Below, piece after piece: positions 1 through 8,638 of a stretch of 51,482 nt of DNA. The stretch lies in sequence record DRR723986_9379. One strand, written 5' to 3'. Below the pieces are notes generated by a model. It had not been told where the DNA came from and searched no databases. It saw nothing but the letters and a program-made list of their open reading frames with translations. The first letter of the stretch is position 1. Each line of letters begins with the position of its first letter. Made by a program: the position numbers and the translations under genes.

Positions 1-318
1 GTGATGTGGAATCATGGCTTTCATCCACTGCACATCTGCAATTAAGGTTTGATTTCTCAACATAGTCAGCGTACTTATGAAAACGATTAGGGAAGAGGCT
101 AGAATAATGTAATTGGTCTTTTTATTCTCATACATTCCCCACATAAATAGAAGCATGGAAATGGCCATAGGGGCAACCATCAAGATGGTCATATAGGTCC
201 TGGTAGTGCTCAGCATGACATGCTCGAATAAATCTGCATTTAGAAACATTACTCCATACATAATGACAAAGGAAACTGCCATCATTGCTGCGAATTTTAA
301 ATAGTTCTTACTTTTCAT
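1..318 (-). CDS. DUF305-family membrane protein, Met-rich (partial; runs off the left edge of the window)
   Basis: Not in the ORF track. Manual minus-strand translation from ATG at 318 gives MKSKNYLKFAAMMAVSFVIMYGVMFLN...ADVQWMKAMIPHH, with no stop before base 1. MIPHH is the DUF305 motif. Starts 2 nt after the tolC stop. Confidence 0.8.
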   Translation of the reverse strand, partial: MKSKNYLKFAAMMAVSFVIMYGVMFLNADLFEHVMLSTTRTYMTILMVAPMAISMLLFMWGMYENKKTNYIILASSLIVFISTLTMLRNQTLIADVQWMKAMIPHH

Positions 319-320
319 AA

Positions 321-1550
321 TCAGAAGGTTTTAGCGGTTATATAATTGATTTGAGCCAAGGAAGTTTGATAAGCTACCGTGGCTTTGAGTTTCATTTTTT
401 GGTATTCCAACAGTTGTTGCTGTACCCTCAAGACCTCTTCAAAGTCGTTTCCTGAATTGCTATAGGCAGAATAAAGTAATTCCAGAGTTTGCTCGGATGT
501 TTGCACTTGTTTGCTATACAGCGAGATCAGATTCTCCTGAATCTCCATGTCGGTGGAGAAGCGGTAATAGGAGCCAAATAGTTTATTGTTGAGTTCGTCC
601 TTCTCCAGTTGATAAGATTCCTGCATAAGTTTGGCTTCCTTCTGTGCACCCTTATATTTCCCTCTGAAAATCGGTAGGCTCATCGTGACCATAGGCATCA
701 AGACATTTTTCCCGTTATCTGGGATGTCCATATCTGTTCTTTCGCCGACAAGTACATAATCGACACCTGCACCTAGCTTTGGCATTCCTTGCTTTTGGGC
801 AACACGCACGCTTGCTTCACTGGCCTGAATTTTCAAATCTATACTCCCCAACATGGGGTTTGCCTGGATTGAATCAGTTGAAATCTGCCGGTCAGCATCC
901 GTGATTTGGAGCATCTCAGAGATCTCAACGGGGGAATCATGAGATCTGGAAAGCAGGGAATTGAACCATGAATTGCTTCCTTTGATTTTCATCTGTAGCA
1001 CTTCGATGTTAGTTTTGGTTGCCTGAATCATAATTTCTACTCGTAGTGCATCTGCAAGAGAACCTTGGCCGTTTTCGAATTTTGAAGTAGCTAATGAGTA
1101 ATAAGTTTCAAGGATTTTCAGATTCTCCCGTTCTAGGTTTATCAATTCGTGCGTTTCTACCAAAGGATAATAAACAGTGGCCAATTGGCTGTATAGTTGG
1201 TTCTTAGCATCCAGAAATTCCTGATATTTTGCTTCAGCCATGAAGGAAGCTACATCTTTCTGAGCTCTTAGCGTACCGAACCAAGGGAACATCTGCGTCA
1301 AAGAAAAGCGGGCATTCTGAGGACCAACTCTGGTTTCAACCGGAGATATGAAATATCCAAAAGACAGGTTTGGATCTTGTAAGGATCCTACCTGCGGGAT
1401 TTTTTCCATGGCAGCTTCAAATGCTTTGTATTTAGCTTGAAGACCTGGATTGTTTTCAGCGCCTATTCGAAAATAGTCTTCTAAACTTTGCGAACTAGCT
1501 GAGAAACTCATACCCAGAAGCAAAAGAATGGAAAGTGTGATAGTTTTCAT
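321..1550 (-). CDS. TolC-family outer membrane efflux protein (CusC/CzcC-like)
   Basis: 409 aa with signal peptide, ENNPGLQA and two OEP-like helical repeats; directly downstream of the RND pump. Confidence 0.9.
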   Translation of the reverse strand: MKTITLSILLLLGMSFSASSQSLEDYFRIGAENNPGLQAKYKAFEAAMEKIPQVGSLQDPNLSFGYFISPVETRVGPQNARFSLTQMFPWFGTLRAQKDVASFMAEAKYQEFLDAKNQLYSQLATVYYPLVETHELINLERENLKILETYYSLATSKFENGQGSLADALRVEIMIQATKTNIEVLQMKIKGSNSWFNSLLSRSHDSPVEISEMLQITDADRQISTDSIQANPMLGSIDLKIQASEASVRVAQKQGMPKLGAGVDYVLVGERTDMDIPDNGKNVLMPMVTMSLPIFRGKYKGAQKEAKLMQESYQLEKDELNNKLFGSYYRFSTDMEIQENLISLYSKQVQTSEQTLELLYSAYSNSGNDFEEVLRVQQQLLEYQKMKLKATVAYQTSLAQINYITAKTF

Positions 1551-1552
1551 TT

Positions 1553-4500
1553 TCAGCTTTTTTTAAGTTTTCGTTCTTCCCGGATGGAGTATAAGACAGG
1601 TACAATAAAGTAGGTGATAGCAGCCACGATCATTCCTCCAAAAGCCGGAATAGCCATCGGAATCATGATATCTGACCCTCGTCCCGAGGAGGTTAAAATC
1701 GGAAGTAAGGCTATAATGGTAGTAGCCGAAGTCATGACTGCCGGTTTTATTCGACGCTGTCCAGCTTCCACAATTGCCTTTCGTATTCCTTTAAAATTGT
1801 CAGTTTTGTTGCGTTCAAAACTCTGGTCCAGATAAGTAGCCATCAGCACCCCATCATCGGTAGCAATACCAAAAAGCGCAATGAACCCAACCCAAACCGC
1901 TACGCTCAGATTTATTTGGTGTACTTGGAACAGGTCCCGCATATTTGTGCCAAAGAGGTTAAAATCAGCAAACCAAGGCTGGCCGTAGAACCATAGCGTA
2001 ATAAAAGCCCCGGAGAACGCCATAGCAATTCCAGTGAAGACCATGAAAGTGGTGCTTACGGATTTGAACTGGAAATAAAGAATCAAAAAGATAATGACCA
2101 ACACTGCCGGGACGATGATGCTCAGGCGTTTTTCTGCACGAACCTGATTTTCGTAGCTACCGGAGAATTTGTAAGTCACTCCAGTTGGGACTTCCAGCTC
2201 GCCTGAATCAATTTTGCTTTGGATCAGCCGTTTGGCATCCTCGACTGTGGTCACTTCAGAATTCCCATCCCGCTTATCGAAAAGCACATAACCCACCAAA
2301 AAAGTCTCCTCACTTTTGATTGCCTGAGGTCCCCGGACATAGTCGAAGTCAACAAGTTGCCCTAAAGGGATTTGAGCTCCTGTAGGGGTAGAAACATAGA
2401 TTTTGGACAAGCTCTCAGGATCATCCCGTAATTCCCGTGGATAGCGAACACGGACAGGGAATCGCTGCCGTCCTTCTACGGTGGTAGTGATATTCATGCC
2501 TCCAATAGCCGTTTCTATTGTTTGCTGTACATTTTCTATTGTTAAACCAAATCGGGCGATTTTCTCTCGGTTTATATTGAGCTGTAGATAGGGCTTCCCG
2601 ACAATTCTATCAGCGAATACTGCTTCTTCTTTGACTGAGGGAACCTGCTTTAATATAGTTTCCAGTTGAATGCCAAAGTTCTCTATGGTCTGCAAATCAG
2701 GGCCATAGACTTTGATTCCCATGGGTGCCCGCATGCCAGTTTGGAGCATAACCAGTCGGGTTTCAATGGGTTGGAGCTTAGGTGCGGATGTGATTCCTGG
2801 GATTTTTGTGACTGCAATAATTTCATTCCAGATATCATCTGGGGATTCTATATGATCGCGCCAGTTTCTGTAATACATCCCATTCTCATCAGGGATCAAA
2901 TTTTTTGTAGACTTATTTTGTGCAAGAGCGTCCTGATTCGATAGGGTGTCACCAGAGGCAAATATGAACCTACCTTCTTTATCAATTTTGAAACGCTGTT
3001 TATGCCCTTTGGAGTTGAGAAGATATTCTGACTTGTAATTAATGATATTCTCGTACATGGAAATCGGAGCTGGATCGAGTGCAGATTCTACTCTTCCCAA
3101 TTTCCCAACTGTCAGATCAACCTCCGGAATGTTAGTCAACAGCATATCCAATTGACCAATAATTTTTCTATTGTAAGCAATGCCAGAGTGAGGCATCGCA
3201 GTTGGCATGAGTAGGAAGCTTCCTTCATTCAGAGAAGGCATAAATTCCTTTTGCATCCCCGGGAAAGTATGTGATAAGCTAGACCATGGTTTACTGGATT
3301 GAATATCCCAACCTATGAGATTGGTGGCTTTGGGAATTAGTCCAAAGGCGGCATTAAAGCCAAGCCAAACGGTTGCTCCCAACAAAATTAAGGCTGCAGG
3401 AATACTGAGGAAGGCAGTTTTGTTGTCTAGGCACCAGGTTAATACACGTTTGTAATTGTATTCCAATATGGAGAATGCACCTAAGATCAGGCTAACCAAA
3501 ATGGCGACAAATAGCACATTGGCAATAATAGAATGAGAAGCTCCTAGTGGTAGCCAATAAGTAGCTAAGAGCCATACCACTCCTACGATTGCCAGAATAA
3601 TTTCAAGTTGATTGTATACAGGTAGAATGCGAGTTGGGATGGTTCTCGCTTCTTTTTCTACATAGAATTTTGCAAAAGAAATGATGCTAAAGAATACCAA
3701 CATTATCCCTGCCCAAGTATAACCGTAAATCAGAGCTCCAATACCGAGCATAAGTAATAAACCATTACCTAATAGCTTGTACCGCTGATTTTTGACTTTG
3801 AAACCAAAAAATACATGAGCTAACATAGGTAGAATCAATAATGAAACTATCAAAGCTGCTATAAGAGCAAAAGTCTTGGTATAGGCTAGAGGACCAAATA
3901 GTTTTCCCTCTGCAGCTTCCATGGTAAAAACAGGAATAAAGCTCACAATAGTTGTAGACACTGCAGTTAGAATTGCAGTAGCTACTTCGGAAGATCCCTT
4001 GTATATGGTCGTGATTAATTTTTGCTCAGGTGGAGCTTCGTCAATGTGTTTGATGATGTTTTCAGAAAGTATAATTCCAAGATCCACCATAGTTCCGATA
4101 GCGATGGCTATACCTGAAAGAGCTACGATGTTTGCATCTACTCCGAAGTAGCGCATGGCTATAAAAACCATGAGAATGGCGATCGGTAATAAACTGGAAA
4201 TCAAGATGGAAGCTCTGAGATTATAAACCATCACGATTACCACCAAAATAGTAATCAGGATCTCTAGCGAAAGAGCCTCTTCCAACGTTCCTAAAGTTTC
4301 CTGGATCAGGGTTGACCTATCGTAAAATGGCACTATAGTCAACTGACTTATACGGCCATCTGCCAAAGTCTTTTTGGGAAGACCCGGAGCTATTTCGTTG
4401 ATTTTCTCTTTGAGGTTATTGATGACCTGAAGGGGGTTGGAACCGTATCGAGCGACTACAACTCCGCCTACTACTTCAGCCCCATCTTTATCGAGAAGCC

Positions 4501-5371
4501 CTCTTCTGTTTGCAGGTCCTAGGCTCACTACGCCGATATCCTTTATTCGGACCGGAACGTTTTGCTCGACAGCAACTACAGCCTCTTCCAGATCTTCTAC
4601 CTTTTTGATGTAACCTAAGCCGCGGACTAAATACTCTGCTTGATTGATTTCTATAGTTTTAGCACCTACATCCCGGTTGGATTGCTTTACCGCCTCCATG
4701 ACTTTCATTAAGGGAATATTGTAGGCTTTAAGTGCGTCAGGGTTAACATCCACTTGATATTCCTGTACAAATCCACCAATAGAAGCTACTTCAGAAACGC
4801 CTTCGACTGCATTTAATCCATATTTCACAAAGAAGTCTTGGACAGTTCTGATCTCATGGAGATCCCAGCCCCCAGTAGGATTTCCTTGTTCATCTCTACC
4901 TTCGAGTGTGTACCAATATACTTGCCCCAGTGCTGTGGCATCGGGTCCCAATCCTGGTTGAACAGCTTCTGGAAGTAGCCCTGCCGGTAATGAACTGAGT
5001 TTTTCCAGAATTCTGGATCTTGACCAATAAAATTCTGTGTCTTCATCAAAGATGATGTAGATGCTTGAAAAGCCAAAAATAGAGGAACTGCGGATGGACT
5101 TGACACCTGGAATTCCTAATAAGTAAGTCGTAAGTGGGTAGGAAATCTGGTCTTCAATATCCTGGGGAGATCTTCCTGGCCATTGTGTGAATACGATCTG
5201 TTGATTTTCGCCAATATCTGGAATGGCATCCACTGGAACAGGATCGGAAGGTAGAGCACCTACTTTCCAACCAAATGGAGCAGTCACTATGCCCCATGCA
5301 ATCAGAGCAATCAGTAAGAGTACGGTAACGAGTTTATTCTCAAGAAAATACTTGATAATTGAGTTAAGCAT
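1553..5371 (-). CDS. cusA: Heavy-metal efflux RND permease, CusA/SilA type (Cu+/Ag+)
   Basis: 1272 aa. PVDAIPDIGENQQIVFTQWPGRSP, GPDATALG and AIAIGTMVD motifs. The Met-triad equivalents are present (NEGSFLLMP, DPAPISMYE, PIETRLVML). Confidence 0.9.
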   Translation of the reverse strand: MLNSIIKYFLENKLVTVLLLIALIAWGIVTAPFGWKVGALPSDPVPVDAIPDIGENQQIVFTQWPGRSPQDIEDQISYPLTTYLLGIPGVKSIRSSSIFGFSSIYIIFDEDTEFYWSRSRILEKLSSLPAGLLPEAVQPGLGPDATALGQVYWYTLEGRDEQGNPTGGWDLHEIRTVQDFFVKYGLNAVEGVSEVASIGGFVQEYQVDVNPDALKAYNIPLMKVMEAVKQSNRDVGAKTIEINQAEYLVRGLGYIKKVEDLEEAVVAVEQNVPVRIKDIGVVSLGPANRRGLLDKDGAEVVGGVVVARYGSNPLQVINNLKEKINEIAPGLPKKTLADGRISQLTIVPFYDRSTLIQETLGTLEEALSLEILITILVVIVMVYNLRASILISSLLPIAILMVFIAMRYFGVDANIVALSGIAIAIGTMVDLGIILSENIIKHIDEAPPEQKLITTIYKGSSEVATAILTAVSTTIVSFIPVFTMEAAEGKLFGPLAYTKTFALIAALIVSLLILPMLAHVFFGFKVKNQRYKLLGNGLLLMLGIGALIYGYTWAGIMLVFFSIISFAKFYVEKEARTIPTRILPVYNQLEIILAIVGVVWLLATYWLPLGASHSIIANVLFVAILVSLILGAFSILEYNYKRVLTWCLDNKTAFLSIPAALILLGATVWLGFNAAFGLIPKATNLIGWDIQSSKPWSSLSHTFPGMQKEFMPSLNEGSFLLMPTAMPHSGIAYNRKIIGQLDMLLTNIPEVDLTVGKLGRVESALDPAPISMYENIINYKSEYLLNSKGHKQRFKIDKEGRFIFASGDTLSNQDALAQNKSTKNLIPDENGMYYRNWRDHIESPDDIWNEIIAVTKIPGITSAPKLQPIETRLVMLQTGMRAPMGIKVYGPDLQTIENFGIQLETILKQVPSVKEEAVFADRIVGKPYLQLNINREKIARFGLTIENVQQTIETAIGGMNITTTVEGRQRFPVRVRYPRELRDDPESLSKIYVSTPTGAQIPLGQLVDFDYVRGPQAIKSEETFLVGYVLFDKRDGNSEVTTVEDAKRLIQSKIDSGELEVPTGVTYKFSGSYENQVRAEKRLSIIVPAVLVIIFLILYFQFKSVSTTFMVFTGIAMAFSGAFITLWFYGQPWFADFNLFGTNMRDLFQVHQINLSVAVWVGFIALFGIATDDGVLMATYLDQSFERNKTDNFKGIRKAIVEAGQRRIKPAVMTSATTIIALLPILTSSGRGSDIMIPMAIPAFGGMIVAAITYFIVPVLYSIREERKLKKS

Positions 5372-5378
5372 GATTTAA

Positions 5379-5464
5379 TCCTGGTAAAAGGGGAAACTAG
5401 AATAAAGAGGCTAGGTAGTTGAAAGCTACTAGGAAAAAAGAGGTCGGATGACCGATTACCAGGA
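5379..5464 (-). promoter_or_regulatory. Structured intergenic RNA between the HYC_CC_PP gene and cusA (candidate cis-regulatory element)
   Basis: Perfect 9-bp inverted repeat TCCTGGTAA (5379-5387) / TTACCAGGA (5456-5464) enclosing two smaller hairpins (~5411-5432 and 5444-5455). Confidence 0.5.
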
Positions 5465-5468
5465 AGTA

Positions 5469-5882
5469 TTAAATCAGGAATGATTGAAAAAGAACTGTGT
5501 AGTTTTTTTCAATCGAAGGGGGGGAAATAAATGGATTTATATAAGCTTTAGTACTTGTTAATTCAATGCCAAAGATAAAGGATTGGGTAAATGCCGCAAC
5601 AAAAATTAGTTGGGCTGAATCTAATTGAAGAACTTTTAATTGTTGATCCCCATCGTTATGAACAAGTTCAAAACTATTTTGACAACATGGGTTTGCTTCA
5701 CTTAAGCCCCCTTCTTCAGAAGAAGAAGACTTTTGGTGTTTCATACCACAATCCAAATTTTTGGCAGAAAGACCTATTGCATTTAACATTTCAGATCCCA
5801 TGCATATATGACTGCTTTTCGCCAAACCGATGTTTGTGAAAAGAAGTAAAAATGCTAAAACTATGGAAAATGATTTTTTCAC
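5469..5882 (-). CDS. HYC_CC_PP-family small secreted protein
   Basis: 137 aa, GTG start. Signal peptide, then H-I-C, D-C-G-M, C-C and a C-terminal SPP..LFQSFLI. First gene of the metal-efflux operon. Confidence 0.8.
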   Translation of the reverse strand: MKKSFSIVLAFLLLFTNIGLAKSSHICMGSEMLNAIGLSAKNLDCGMKHQKSSSSEEGGLSEANPCCQNSFELVHNDGDQQLKVLQLDSAQLIFVAAFTQSFIFGIELTSTKAYINPFISPPSIEKNYTVLFQSFLI

Positions 5883-6065
5883 TAATACAATTATAGGATA
5901 AATTCCTGAGGCTTTGAAATAATTTAGCTGAATCTTAATCTACGCAATTTTCTTAATTGGGTTTAAGATTTCCTTTAAACTTTGCAAAGAAATATTTTTT
6001 GCAACTTCTGACTTATCTGAAAGCATGTGAGAATTGGAAGTGTATTTGGCTTATTGCAATGGTTT

Positions 6066-6208
6066 TTAACAACAACTTTCGTTTTCTTGAATTAGTGAAC
6101 AAGGTACTGTTCCATATAGAAAAACTGCCATGCATTTTTTGGCAGATCCTCTGATTTTTTATGTCTGCAGTTTGGACAATTTATTTCTGGTTTTAATTGA
6201 ACTACCAT
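6066..6208 (-). pseudogene. GDCCVxC-domain small Cys-rich protein remnant (internal deletion and frameshift)
   Basis: Minus strand from ATG 6208 reads MVVQLKPEINCPNCRHKKSEDLPKNAWQFFY, then in another frame YGTVPCSLIQENESCC* (stop 6066-6068). Both ends match the family as I recall it; the central GDCCVxC block is missing. Confidence 0.75.
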
Positions 6209-6480
6209 TTGTTTTCATCTTTGTCGGTTACGCTATAGACTGTTGAATTAATTGCTTTCTCGATTTCTGTTTTTTCAAATTCAATAATTACATTTCCATT
6301 TTCAAAGGACGTTTTTGAGTATACGATTCCGTTGAATTTATTTAAGTCGTGACTTAAGTGGACTTAGCAACTCACACAAGTCATTCCGTTGATTTTGGTT
6401 TCAGTTGTTTCAATGTCCGATTTTTCGGCAATGAATAGGTCCATTTCTATATTTGGGTAAATTAATTTTGAAAAATATGG
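6202..6480 (-). pseudogene. merTP: merTP (mercuric transport protein) C-terminal HMA-domain remnant
   Basis: Minus-strand translation PYFSKLIYPNIEMDLFIAEKSDIETTETKINGMTCVSC*VHLSHDLNKFNGIVYSKTSFENGNVIIEFEKTEIEKAINSTVYSVTDK. GMTCxxC motif, in-frame TAA at 6364-6366, N-terminal membrane part absent. Confidence 0.75.
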
Positions 6481-6638
6481 TTTGTTTACTAGATAGTTTA
6501 CTATTTAAACTTGACCTCAATTATAGTTTCCCCCTCCCCATCAATTCCCTGGCATATTTTGATTTTCCGTTGTTCTTGTTCAATGTAAGATTCATTTTTG
6601 AGTTTTGGACTCTCCATAAAATAAGCTGTATTCTTAAT

Positions 6639-7853
6639 TTATTTTAACTTATCTCGGAGTGCCTTCATGTCAAAACTTATCTTCGTATCTAGGATTTTGG
6701 CATAGTGCTGTGTCTGCTTAAGGGATTTGTGTCCGAGCATTTTTGATACGGTTTCGATAGGGACTCCGTTGGCAAGCGTGATTGTTGTCGCAAATGTGTG
6801 CCTTGCTATATGAAAAGTGAGTGGTTTATTGATCTCGCAGACATCTGCGATTTCCTTAAGATACGAATTCATCTTTTGGTTGCTCAATACTGGTAGGACA
6901 TGAGCCCCGTCCTGGCATTGAGGATGGTTCTTATATTTTTCAATAAGCTCCAAAGCTTTTGGTAATAAGGGCAAACGGGTAGGAGAATCTGTTTTTTGTC
7001 GATGGGTATAAATCCATTTTTCCCCATCTATTCCCGTAGAAATCTGATTCCTTTTTAGATTTTTGACATCTATATAGGCTAGTCCAGTAAAGCAGCTAAA
7101 CAGGAAAATATCCCTAACCTGGCTAAGACGTTGTATAGAGAATTTTTTCTCTATTAAATTTTCTATTTCATGCCAAGTAAGAAAAACCCTGTTGTTGACT
7201 TTGGTCGCCATCTTGAAACGGATGAATGGGTTTCTGTCAAGCCATCCATTATTGATGCAGATTAGAACTACTTTTTTAAAGTTGTTGAGATATTTTACAG
7301 TGGTATTGTGATTGCAATTTCTAATACTCTTAAGCCAGAAAGCGTAGGATGAGATAAACTCGTAATCTAACTGCTTTATGTCCATATCCTTTTTCTTGTA
7401 CTTCCAGTTAATAAATGAGCGGGTGTGGTCCAGCGAGGTTTTATAGCGTAGCAGGGTCCCTTCTGCGAAATCCTTTCCTACCAATGATTCTAAATTATCA
7501 TTGTGTTCTTGGAAGATTTCCAGGATCATTTTTCTTTTTTCTCCAATACCAAGGATAATATTTTTCAAGGATTCGGCGGAAATTTCCTTGTCTGATTCAA
7601 GTAATTGTTTTTTCGCCTGAAGTACTTTGTGATGGATGGTGTCCAAATAGGCATTTAATTCTCTGGCATCTTCTTTTGTCCCCTCTGCTCTACCAAAAGA
7701 GGTATTCCATCGTGAAACTGCCCACAATCTTTTGGTAGACAGTTCTTTTGATTGACCATCCACGGTAATCCTGAGGTAGACATACCTCGCTGATCCGGTT
7801 TCTTTTTTGGATTGTTTCAAGAAGAAGTGCAATCCGAAGCTTTTTTCTAACAT
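6639..7853 (-). CDS. Tyrosine recombinase / site-specific integrase (Bacteroidota IntDOT-like; arm-binding, SAM-like and catalytic domains)
   Basis: 404 aa. YLRITVDG arm domain, FSCFTGLAY, HIARHTF, LGH and TQHYA motifs; adjacent to the ssrA 3' end. Confidence 0.93.
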   Translation of the reverse strand: MLEKSFGLHFFLKQSKKETGSARYVYLRITVDGQSKELSTKRLWAVSRWNTSFGRAEGTKEDARELNAYLDTIHHKVLQAKKQLLESDKEISAESLKNIILGIGEKRKMILEIFQEHNDNLESLVGKDFAEGTLLRYKTSLDHTRSFINWKYKKKDMDIKQLDYEFISSYAFWLKSIRNCNHNTTVKYLNNFKKVVLICINNGWLDRNPFIRFKMATKVNNRVFLTWHEIENLIEKKFSIQRLSQVRDIFLFSCFTGLAYIDVKNLKRNQISTGIDGEKWIYTHRQKTDSPTRLPLLPKALELIEKYKNHPQCQDGAHVLPVLSNQKMNSYLKEIADVCEINKPLTFHIARHTFATTITLANGVPIETVSKMLGHKSLKQTQHYAKILDTKISFDMKALRDKLK

Positions 7854-8044
7854 GACAAATTAGTTTAAAGTTAAATAAAACTCGAAAATCAGGCTCTAAA
7901 TAACAAGAAGCTCAATATATGAACATGTTCATAATCAGTTAACTATGACTTCCAGCCAGCGTCTTTTTTTTGGGAGAAGCCGAACTACACGAATGACGCA
8001 ACTGAATTTTGAGTAATTGTGAAGATTTTGGTGGTTTTAGCCAC

Positions 8045-8080
8045 AAAAAAAAGCCTGCAAAGAGTCTTTTTGCAGGCTTT
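8045..8080 (-). terminator. Rho-independent terminator downstream of ssrA
   Basis: Hairpin AAAGCCTGCAAA...TTTGCAGGCTTT followed by a T8 run on the minus strand. Confidence 0.75.
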
Positions 8081-8213
8081 AATTTTACAATTCTGAAAAG
8101 CTAAAATCTGATAATCTAAAATTAAAAGACTGTTAATCAGCTATTTAATTCCTTTTAATCAATTTATTGAAGTCATATTGTATAATTTCTTCAACTTTTT
8201 TTTAGCTTTTTCC

Positions 8214-8614
8214 GTGGAGCTGGCGAGATTCGAACTCGCGTCCAGATAAGGAAACAACGTACCTTCTACATGCTTAGTCACCTGTTAGGTTTTCGATCGA
8301 AATATGCTGGGTGACACACCTTGTTTCGACTTAGCTACTGAATCTTAAACTTGCATAATAGCATCACAAGCAGCAGTCCGATCAAGTCGACACCTCAGAT
8401 CCACCCGGATCAGACAACGGGCGGTGAGATGTGGCCGGGGAATTACTCTCGTAACTCAACCCTTTAAGCGTTCTTTCCTGTTAAGGTAAGATTAGGCAGC
8501 CATAGCGTAAGATTCTTCGCCATTTATAGTGCATATGAATTTTTCAAGGCCGTACATACTCCAGCCTGCATGCGAGCCCGATCTTTACACTTACTGTCAA
8601 AACCGGTCAGCCCC
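8214..8614 (-). ncRNA. ssrA: tmRNA
   Basis: Minus-strand 5' end GGGGCTGACCGGTTTTGACAG and 3' tRNA-like end GACGCGAGTTCGAATCTCGCCAGCTCCAC. Tag reading frame 8521-8492 encodes (A)GEESYAMAA*. The terminal CCA is not fully encoded. Confidence 0.96.
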
Positions 8615-8630
8615 ATTTGAATTAGGATGA

Positions 8631-8638
8631 CAAAAGTA
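8631..8638 (-). promoter_or_regulatory. Bacteroidota -7 promoter element for ssrA
   Basis: TACTTTTG on the minus strand matches TAnnTTTG, 16 nt upstream of the mature 5' end. Confidence 0.6.

Larger units (their letters stand above)
1..8213 (-). mobile_element. Putative integrative genomic island at the tmRNA 3' end, with metal-resistance cargo (left boundary outside the window)
   Basis: Integrase start lies ~360 bp downstream of the ssrA 3' end, followed by mer remnants and a cus-type operon. The second att copy is not visible in this window. Confidence 0.6.

Noticed and set aside
5957-6154. 65-aa plus-strand ORF
   Set aside because: TTG start, no motif, and antisense to the GDCCVxC remnant, which explains the sequence better.
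6364-6366. Possible selenocysteine or readthrough codon in the mer remnants
   Set aside because: The stop is TAA, not TGA, and accompanying truncation and deletions indicate decay.
6453-6647. 64-aa plus-strand ORF
   Set aside because: Low-complexity AT-rich translation overlapping the integrase stop and the merTP remnant; no support.
8214-8255. tRNA-like T-arm and acceptor sequence
   Set aside because: It is the 3' tRNA-like domain of tmRNA, not a separate tRNA.
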